64,000 bases of DNA from Octopus sinensis (Eukaryota): contig NC_043012.1 in assembly GCF_006345805.1 (NCBI RefSeq), positions 49,786,001-49,850,000 of the forward strand, written 5' to 3'. This document shows, piece by piece, positions 55,352 to 64,000 of the stretch. A program made the position numbers and the translations under genes. The notes beneath the pieces were generated by a model. That model was not told the DNA's origin, searched no databases, and was given only the letters and a program-made list of their open reading frames with translations. The number at the start of each line of letters is the position of its first letter. Positions within the stretch are counted from its first letter, which is position 1.

Positions 55352-55568
55352 TTCTATTCTACTCCAGGCACAGGGCACGAAATTTTGTGGGGAGGGGGCC
55401 AGGCGATTAGATCGATCCTAGTACATAACGGATACTTGATTTATCGACTCCGAAAGGATGTAAGCCAAAGTCGACCTAGGCGGAATTTGAACTCAGAGCT
55501 TAAAGACAGACGAAATACCACCAAGCATTTCGTCCGACGTGCAAGCGTTTCAGCCAGCTCGCCGCCTT
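55352..55568 (-). mobile_element. SINE family B, full length
   Basis: TTTATCGACTCCGAAAGGATG...CAAAGTCGACCTAGGCGGAATTTGAACTCAGA...GCCAGCTCGCCGCC. Confidence 0.88.
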
Positions 55569-55929
55569 CCAAAATGTGAATATTACATAAGATGAAATAA
55601 AAGTATTAAAAAATTGGGAAACATCGAGTTATATGGCATTATCCATTGAATCCTTCCTAAAACTACGAGAATATGTGCGAAGTTGGTCAAAAATGGAGAA
55701 ATGAAACTTGTACTGCCGTAGACGACGATAATCCCCTCTGATATAAACAAAGAGGATGGGTCCAACAGGCCTTGCATATTGGTAGAAATAACAGTTGAAT
55801 ATCCTTCAAATCCCACACTAATTTCTTATGAAATTTGAAGACGCATCGGCTAACGTCGTTCCGATATGAAGTCCATCGGTGGCCGAAGAGGACAAAGTCT
55901 GAGTTCTCAGGGATGAGAGCGCGTGTCAC

Positions 55930-56510
55930 TCCGCAGTTCAAAGCTGGAAGCACTCAGATAACCCAGTGACAGTTTGTTTACTGGGTTGAGGTGGATTCTA
56001 CCCTGTGCCATCTTTCTCATGCTGCACTGCAACTCTGTTGCCGGTCCTTTTCGAAGGCAGCTGTTGCGAATGAGATGAGAGACTTCTACGCTGATCTGTC
56101 TGAGGCAGAATGTTTGAGTTCACGTGGGCTTATTCCGCTCCATTTGAGGTTACTTTTCAGAGTATCTTTGCACCTTCGTTTCTCCTTTGCGTCACTTCTG
56201 AGTGAATCCTGTGTGAGCTGGCCGTACAACAGATGCCTGGGTACACGTCCGTCAGTCATTCTGATGACATGGCCAGTCCAGCGTAACTTTGCAATATTGA
56301 CTCAATGCTTGTTGAACAAGCCCTGTCCAAAACTTCTTGATTTGTCACTCTGTCCTGCCAGTGAAATCCTATGATCCTTCACAGTGCCATTGTGTGAATG
56401 TGTTCAAGCTGTTTGCTGTGCAGTCGGTATAATCTCCATGTCTGATATCCATAGCATAGTGTAGACACGACGACAGCATTTTAGATCTTGATCTTGGCGA
56501 TAGTCTGATG
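55930..56510 (-). pseudogene. RTE LINE ORF C-terminal region
   Basis: AKIKI*NAVVVSTLCYGYQTW...RIIGFHWQDRVTNQEVLDRA...LRWTGHVIRMTDGRVPRHLLYGQL...RCKDTLKSNLK. Confidence 0.88.
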
Positions 56511-57370
56511 TCGACCGGGAAGCATTGCAGCAAATACCTCACAAGTTTCTGGCCCGCTTCCTCTTCAACAGATTCATCACCAGCGTCTCAGAGAGTAACT
56601 TGGCAGAAGCTCAGTGTTGCTTCCGCCCTGGCTGCAACACCATTGTCATGGTGTTTGCTGTGTGTCAAGTCAAGGAAAATTGTATTGAACAACGGATGGA
56701 GTTGTGGTCTTTATTCATAGTCCAGACCAAAGCTTTTGGCATAGTCAATAGAGAAGCTTTGCGGACCACCCTAACTAAGCTACGCTGCCCACACAATTTC
56801 ACCACACTTATAATACTCTTTCATAACCATACGACCGGTCAAGTTCTTTGCGACGGCGACTGCAACTTTTTCAACATCTCCAGTGGCATGAAACAGAGCT
56901 GCATACTTGCCCCCGCCTTGTCCAATTTGTTCATCACACAGGTCTTGCTTTACGCAATGAATGACCTACACCTGGGCATATACATTACATATCGGTAAGA
57001 TGGCTCAGTTTCTGACCTCCTCCGACTCTCTACTCCAACCAAGGCAGTGGAAAAGCTCATTACTGAAACCCTATCTGCAGATGATTATGCCTTTGTGGAA
57101 CATGAGGAAAATCACCTGCAGACATTTGTTGATTGCTTTATAAAAGCGACGAGGCTTTCTGGACCGATCATCAACCTTGCGAAAATGGAGGTCCTAGTCC
57201 AAGCAGCATCGAACACATTTCGCCCTTGTCAAACATCAGCATCGAGGGAGTCCAGCTTAAATGTGTGTGGAGAGTTTCAAGTAACTTGGCGGCACGATCT
57301 CAGACGTCGGATAATTGGACTGCAAAATTCCATCCACAATCCAGAAGGCCAGCCAATCATTTGGAAGGAT
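56510..57370 (+). pseudogene. RTE LINE reverse transcriptase domain (inverted segment)
   Basis: KFLARFLFNR...EAQCCFRPG...KAFGIVNR...GMKQSCILAPAL...LSADDYA...INLAKMEV...FK*LGGTIS...IQKASQSFGR; stops and frameshifts. Confidence 0.9.
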
Positions 57371-57979
57371 GATTGGGAAAGGCATTAGACTAACGTTGTT
57401 CCACACAGTTCTGAAATGACTGGATAATGATGACAGCTGGAATTCCTTTGATAATACGCCTGTCCCATCAGTATCCAAAACAGTGTTACGTGGACCCCGC
57501 CCCATGGGTCCAAACTTTTGAGGCCCAAACAAGGAAAACAGTAAATCAGTGACGCACAGTAGTGTTTAAAGCGGCCATGAAGAAAATTTTAATATAGAAG
57601 TAGTTATTGCAAGAAAGAGCTAGGTTTCTTTCTCTAACGTTTTACATGCATGTAAGTTCAATTGACAGAAGTTATTGTGAGGGAAGCAAAATAGGAATTT
57701 AGAAGTAAACATCGAAAACTAGTTTTTAAACATCGAATGTCTTAGGGTAGGGGTGGACAATTGTTTGAAAGTGCCGTGGTTAGCAGAGTGCTGCTCCTTT
57801 TATAACTGATCGAATTCAATAGTTAGCATTACATTTCATTGGATGCGAAGTGGAAATTACATAATGATAATAAATGAATAAACTAAAACAATAGTGGTAC
57901 ACAGAAAAGGTTTCATTGAATTTATTTACGTGCAGATTACACATCATCCAGCACAAGTAATTTAATGAGACAAATGTAA

Positions 57980-59199
57980 ATTGTCACATGCATTTACAAT
58001 TGCTTTGAAATCAGAAATGAGGTTGCTTGTTGAGATCCTCATCGTTGCCTACAAGTTTGTCAGTCACAGAGTATCTATTTTTAATCTTGTTGATTTTTAT
58101 GCAAGAAAATCGTTGCTCACAAATATATGTGTATCCTAAAATTAAAAAAAACCCAACATATTCCCAGAAAATTTCTTCATACATGCACATTTGTCAGTTG
58201 ATAGAAATTTGTAAAATTCTATCAATGGTACATAATTAAACATTTCTTTCAACGTGTGATTGGACTACATGTTAGTTCAAGCTACACTTCTTGGTAGCTT
58301 GAACTAAAAAGGTGCTGTATTGATATCAGCAGCGAAAGGATAAGATAGCAAATTTAATCCTGCGTCAATTTTCTTAAAATCCTGAAATCTTATCATGATC
58401 TCATTGTCCAAACTAAGCAATTGATCCCTAATCTTGGAAGAAACACTTATAGGTACATTTTGCTTTCTTAATAAAGGGAAATGACAAAATTTGTCTTCAC
58501 CTGCTTGCCTTGTAAATAGGCCTAGTTTTGTTTGATATGATCTCACAGGCCTAAACATTTCATGTTCAAACAATCCATTTCTCAGCAATGTCACGTTCAA
58601 TTCATTTAATTTCTCTAACGTATCTGAAAAAGACGTCTCATCTCTACACTCTTCACATCACATTTTGGCCAAAGAAGACAAAAGAAAACCAAAGAAAAGT
58701 TTTACTTGCAGAGTTCTGCTGTTCAGTTAGTTCGTCAATAATTAAGCCTATGCACCGCAACATAGTCCTCCTTGATAATGAAATGGTTTAGAATTTGCTT
58801 CTTGCGTCAAGGCACCGGAAGCCTGTGCAATCTATCAAGCACCGCTTAACAATCTCGCCATCAGAAAATGGCTTGTTGCTTTTAGAGAGGTTGTATGCTA
58901 CCATGAAGCACCATCCCGAAGTGTCGGTGCTTCGTAAATATGACCTATTGCTTCTTCAGCTTCGTAACACACTCTTCAGCTTATCTTCTGCTTTCCTCCT
59001 CGGACATTTCGCTAGCAAACCCGCCGTATTTTGTTTGGTGGTGTCGTTTGACATTGTATTTCTTGAGCACGGAAACCGTCACGTGACACAATAAACACAT
59101 TGCCTTATTCCCTGAATTACTGAACAAATATTTGTGCATCCACTCTTCCTTGAACGCATGGCATTCTTTTTCGATTTTGCGCTTTTTAGGAGGGTTCAT
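57980..59199 (-). pseudogene. hAT transposase pseudogene (GTF2IRD2/EPM2AIP1/SPIN-Buster type), internally deleted
   Basis: KKRKIEKECHAFKEEWMHKYLF...AMCLLCHVTVSVLKKYNVKRHH (BED-like finger), KPFSDGEIVKRC, ISLSRRT, LNELNVTL, CHFPLL, RFQDFKKI...SYPF, TYICEQRFSCIKINK (dimerisation region). Candidate terminus TAGGGGTGGACAA at 57748. Confidence 0.88.
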
Positions 59200-60116
59200 A
59201 TTTTCTCAAGTCAGAGCGTTACAAATCGTACTGTTGCAAAGAGAAAACTGTTGCGTGTAAAGGGATTGCACATGCGTCGGACGAGCGCATGCGCAGTAGG
59301 TATCCGCCTATTAAAACACGAGGATAATTTTCTGTGACACAAAGGAAGCAGGTCTCAGTTCAAGTTAGCGTTGGCACAAGCAGTTTACGGTGATTAGTTT
59401 ACGAAAATTTTAGACTTATAAAATATTTGTTGATGAATGTCTCCGCAGGCTACAAAAAACTCTGTGGAGAGACGCAACTGGTTTAGTGGGACCACCAGAA
59501 TAGAATATTAGTCTAAAAGGTTCATTAAAAAAACCCCAATGGTTGAGATCACTGTTGTAGACTCTAAAAGTATAAAATAATCTATTTGGCATTAAAGAAG
59601 AGTGTACATGAAAAGAGGACTTGGGAAAATATTTCTTAAAATGCATTTTTCAAATCGTAAATTCAATGAAACTAAGAAGTAATGCAAAATGATTTTCACC
59701 ATTTGATTTATGTAAACTAAGCTTTTAACTCCTCTACTAAGCTTTCTTTAAATACTCTGTAATGTTTTTTCTGCTAAATGCAATAAGATACATTTTCTTT
59801 CTCGCAACTATTAATCCATTCATCCTGTATCCTGTTACACCAAAAAATTTCAACTATTTTTGTGAAACATAAGCACAGTATAAACCAACGTAATCATCAG
59901 TTGAAAAGAATTTCAGCAATATTTCAACTCTAATCTCTGATATATAGATCTATAAATTATGACTACTCAAACTTAATTACATTTCTCTACGTTTTCTTCC
60001 ACTGAGCATATATCTTTAATTTGATAAAACGATAGAAAGATTAACACACATCTTTGATTTGTTAATGAGTTTCTGAATGATTTTACACAAGCAGTGTTGA
60101 TATATTGTTTTCATAA

Positions 60117-60322
60117 GGCAGCGAGCTGGCAGAAGCGTTAACACGCCGAGCAAATGCTTAGTGGCATTTTGTCCGTCTGTTTTTCTGAGTTCAAATTCCG
60201 CGGAAGTCAACTTTGTATTTCATCCGTTCAGGGTTGATACGATGAGTTCCAATTGAAAACAAGGGTCGGCATAATCGATCTATCCCATCCTCGAAGTTCC
60301 TGGCCTTGTGCCAAAACTTGAG
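60117..60322 (+). mobile_element. SINE family B
   Basis: GGCAGCGAGCTGGCAGAAGCGTTAACACGCCG...GAGTTCAAATTCCGC...CCTTGTGCCAAAACTTGA. Confidence 0.85.
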
Positions 60323-60350
60323 AGATATATATTGAAGTTAGCATATATGC

Positions 60351-60395
<45 letters not shown>

Positions 60396-60639
60396 CGTGC
60401 GTGCGTGTTTGTGTGTGTGTGTGTGTATGTATTTGCATACATATGAGATATCTGAACGGTGATTTGTTTGTCGGAGATAAATCCATTGTACTTTTGTCTA
60501 TTTCTGATAGTCTAGACACCATTTTGCCCGCTTATCAATGTTAAAAGGAGACTGAAAAAGTTTAGCAATTGTAGCCTCCTCATGATATCTAGTTTTATTG
60601 AAATCACCACCAAGGATTCTAGTCGACTACAGTGCATAA

Positions 60640-60778
60640 TTAGTTCTTATTTCATCGACCCCGAAAGGGTGAAAGGCAAAGTCGACCTCGGCGGAAATTG
60701 AACCCAGAACATAGCGACGATTGAAATGCCACCAAGCATGTCGTCCAGCCTGCTAAAAGTTCTGCCAGCTGACTGCCT
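60640..60778 (-). mobile_element. SINE family B, 5' part
   Basis: TTTCATCGACCCCGAAAGGGTGAAAGGCAAAGTCGACCTCGGCGGAAATTGAACCCAGAAC. Confidence 0.85.
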
Positions 60779-61789
60779 TAGTATCACCAGTAATAATAGA
60801 AGCAACAAGAACAACAGCATTTGTAAAAAGTTCTCAAAATCACTAACAAAATACTATTAGCATTGCCAGCGCTATAGCAAGAAACTGTAGCTATAGAGAC
60901 AAAATTATCAACACCATCACAGACATCCCAATAAAACCATTAACAGTACAGACAGAAATTATGCTTACAACAGCAGCAGCAACTGCTGCGGTGAAACAGA
61001 GAAAAAGTTTTTTGTTGCCCAGATCACAAACGCTTTGCGATTCTATCTTTCTAGATCATAAACACCAACATTTAATTAAGGCGGAGAAAAACATTAAGAT
61101 ACCAGAACACAGGAAAGCTTTTTTCAATATACCGCAATACCTTTGAAACTAATCAGGATGGAAAACATTTCTCTACAGATGCATATCGACGAAAAGCGAC
61201 AACTTATAGCATAGGACTTGAGACCAAGCTGAACTCTGTTAAAAAAAACGAGGTAAGACATTAAATTTGTTGTGACAAGCATATAAGATCAGTACTCAAT
61301 AATACTAGCTTGAAAGCTTTCTGTTGTCTCAACAGAAACCGCAGAAAGGAAGAGCTGCAAGCAGGCATTCTGAAGTACCAACATCTCAACTTCAACCACC
61401 ACCACCACCACTATAACTATGACTACCATGGCTACAATCGCCATCATCAACACCACCACAACCATAACCACCATCACACCACTAACAACAACACTACTAC
61501 CAGAAGCAGCAACTGCAACACGAAAACCTACAGCCACTACAGCGACAGAATGAAGCCGCACCAACAGTTCACGTCACTTCATCTACAACATTCGAAGCAG
61601 CAACTACAATAATATCCGCAACAAAAACATTAATAAGCAAAACCATAGTAACGAATAAACCCCACAAAAAATCAAAATGATAAACAAATCAAAAGCAATA
61701 CCGCCCCCAAGAATCACCTCAACACCACCAATACAAGACTGAAAATCACTACACTTCCCTATAACCCACACGAAACAATAAGATGTGGA

Positions 61790-61916
61790 CCGTTATTTCA
61801 TCGACCCCGAAAGTATAAAAGGCAAAGTCAACGTCGGCAGAGTTTGTACTCAGAACGTCGGAAAACGTTGCACTAAGTATTTTGTCCGGCGTGGTAACGA
61901 TTCAGCCATCTTGCCT
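61790..61916 (-). mobile_element. SINE family B, 5' part
   Basis: TTTCATCGACCCCGAAAGTATAAAAGGCAAAGTCAACGTCGGCAGAGTTTGTACTCAGAACG. Confidence 0.8.
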
Positions 61917-62145
61917 TGATGCTACTACTGCTGCTGCTGCTGCTGCTGACTGATGATGATGATGATGATGACGACGATGATGATGATGGTGATGGTTATG
62001 ATAATGATGATGATGATAACAGTAGAAGTAGTAAACGTCTTAGTAGTAGTAGTAGTAGTAGTTTTATTAGTAGTAGAATTGGTGGTGGTGGTGGCGGTAA
62101 TATTAGCGGGAGCCGCAGCAGTACCAGTAGTAGTAGTAGTAGTAA
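61917..62145. repeat. Compound trinucleotide microsatellite (CTG)(GAT)(AGT)(GGT); related CAT/CAC/AAC low-complexity tracts at 8920-9070, 16350-16710, 21640-21870 and 61380-61620
   Basis: Directly visible. Confidence 0.9.
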
Positions 62146-62984
62146 ATGTATCAAGTCATATATTACACACACACATCGTTACCGACGTAAAGTACCTTCA
62201 ATTATTCCAGTCATTGCTGAACCTCACACCGTAACACTATCCAGCTCATTGCTGCCATTACTTATATGAATGCATCCAAGTATTCATAGTCTTAATGTCT
62301 AAGAAATATATTCCTGGACAGGAATCACTTACATGGAATCTAAACGAACTCAGCATTACCATTAAATTTAGTCAGTAACAATGTCTGGCCACTACTATCG
62401 ATTACACATCCACAGTATGGCTATTTCAGATTAATTGAGCCAATCCGCTGAGAGATAAGTACCATTTCGAGAGAACGGTACTGCAGTTTCCTAGACAAAC
62501 CACAAGCAGTTCTCACTTCGGCCATTCAGTCAATTATCTCATTTCGCCAGTTAAAGGTCTCTCACCAATGTGCAAAACTATATTCATAAAATATCTATAA
62601 AAGCTTTAGATACACTATCACTATACAGTTTTCAACTGAAACCTAGTGCATGATAGATTCCTTTGTTAAAGATATTTAGCTTTTAAGATTACTTCTAATC
62701 TAATCATGTTTCCTTTTATTTATTTATTTTTCACGTCAGTACTGGATGTTTTGTTCATTCTGTAAAATAGAGAGAAAAAAAGAAAAAAATCCCCCAGAAC
62801 TCATGAGATTTCATTTTACGAAACAGAGAAAGTAAATACGTTGCTTACTGCAGCAGACACATACGTTTTAGTGTCTGAAAGTTCTGATATGCATACATTC
62901 CAGATGGAAATCTCGTACGCACACACACGCACAACTTTGCCAGGTGTGTGAACACATATATATTCTTTTATTCATTTATTTGTT

Positions 62985-63170
62985 TTATTCTTTTATTTGA
63001 TTGCGGCCATGCTAGAGCACCGCCTTTAGTCGAAAAAATAGACCTCAGGACTTACTCTTCGTAAGCTTAGTTTTTACTTTATTGTACGGTTTTGCCGAAC
63101 CACTAAATTACGGGTACGTAAACACACCAACATCGGTTGTCAAGCGCTGGTGGGGAGACAAACAAACACG
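62985..63170 (-). mobile_element. SINE family A, 3' half
   Basis: TTGCGGCCATGCTAGAGCACCGCCTTTAGTCG...CGTAAACACACCAACATCGGTTGTCAAGCG. Confidence 0.88.
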
Positions 63171-63191
63171 CACGCACGCACACACACACAA

Positions 63192-63222
<31 letters not shown>

Positions 63223-63914
63223 ACACACACACACACATACAACACACACACACAAACAACGCATATATATATAGTACATCATTATCATCGCCATCATCAT
63301 CATCAACCACAGTGACTATATTATAGCTCGTATATATATATATATATATATATACACCACATACTAATATATATATATTATATATTATTATATGAATATA
63401 TATATATGTATGTATATGCATATATACATATATATATATATGTACATACCTACATATATATGTATATATACATGCATTTTTGGGTACAGGCCACAAAAAC
63501 CGTTGAACACAACGAGAAACGAAAACATAAAACTCAAAAACATAGAAGCGAACTTTTTCGAACAACGAAAGAAACAAACAAAGAAACAGGACATACAACA
63601 TAAAGAATATTCCCCTTCTTCAGTTGTCCTGTTTCATCAAAACCACTTTCGAAAGCAAGGACAATACGCAACTTCTTTGAAACAATCCTTCCCGCAAACC
63701 AAATTAAATAAATTTGGGGATTTTTTGCGGAGGAGGAAAGTGATAACAAGAACAGGACAGTGAGAACAAAACAATAAGAACAAACGCTGAGGGTTGTTAA
63801 GTCAAGACGATAAAAACATTATTATGAACGCTAGGAAGACGAGCTTATATATATATATATATATATATAATTTCAGCAAAAATTTAGATTCAAATGAATA
63901 TGGTACTTAATTTA

Positions 63915-64000
63915 GATGCACCAGAATTTTGTGGGAGGGGACTAGTCGACTACATCGAGCCTAGTGTTCGACTGGAACTTAATTTATCGATCATGAAAGG
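63915..64000 (-). mobile_element. SINE family B, cut by the window end
   Basis: AATTTTGTGGGAGGGGACTAGTCGACTACATCGA...ACTGGAACTTAATTTATCGA. Confidence 0.75.

Larger units (their letters stand above)
55863..57381 (-). mobile_element. RTE-clade (BovB-like) LINE insertion with inverted 5' segment and ~20-bp TSD
   Basis: The 3' part is on the minus strand (56510 to 55863) and the RT part on the plus strand (56510-57370). Flanks are GCATCGGCTAACGTCGTTCC (55843-55862) and GCATTAGACTAACGTTGTTCC (57382-57402). Confidence 0.88.

Noticed and set aside
61310-61612. His/Asn/Thr-rich ORF resembling a transcription-factor low-complexity region
   Set aside because: Degenerate CAC/AAC/CAT repeat like others in the window; no domain or convincing splice context.

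Overview
AT-rich, microsatellite-saturated eukaryotic (animal) DNA. The mix of (TA)n/(CA)n/(TACA)n/(CTAT)n/(ATT)n tracts and SINE families looks like an Octopus-type cephalopod genome; that assignment is an inference. I found no credible host protein-coding exon, and nearly all supplied ORFs are microsatellite artefacts. The window is intronic or intergenic and filled with mobile DNA: three tRNA-derived SINE families (over 20 copies), an internally deleted mariner with TIRs, a complete non-autonomous Helitron, a decayed hAT transposase (GTF2IRD2/SPIN-like), an L1/Tx1 RT fragment, an RTE LINE with a 5' inversion and TSD, and a CR1-group LINE 3' end whose tail matches one SINE family. The most interesting unexplained layer is a set of short non-coding inserts, mostly in or beside (TA)n tracts, carrying type I hammerhead-ribozyme motifs with palindromic stem III (about 8 intact-to-degenerate copies from several sequence families). 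One lies in a 548-bp unit whose direct repeat begins at the predicted cleavage site, like a retrozyme or Penelope pseudo-LTR. Several spacer-less or TA-centred fold-back palindromes occupy the same context. All calls were made by eye, with no alignments or database searches, and boundaries of degraded repeats are approximate.
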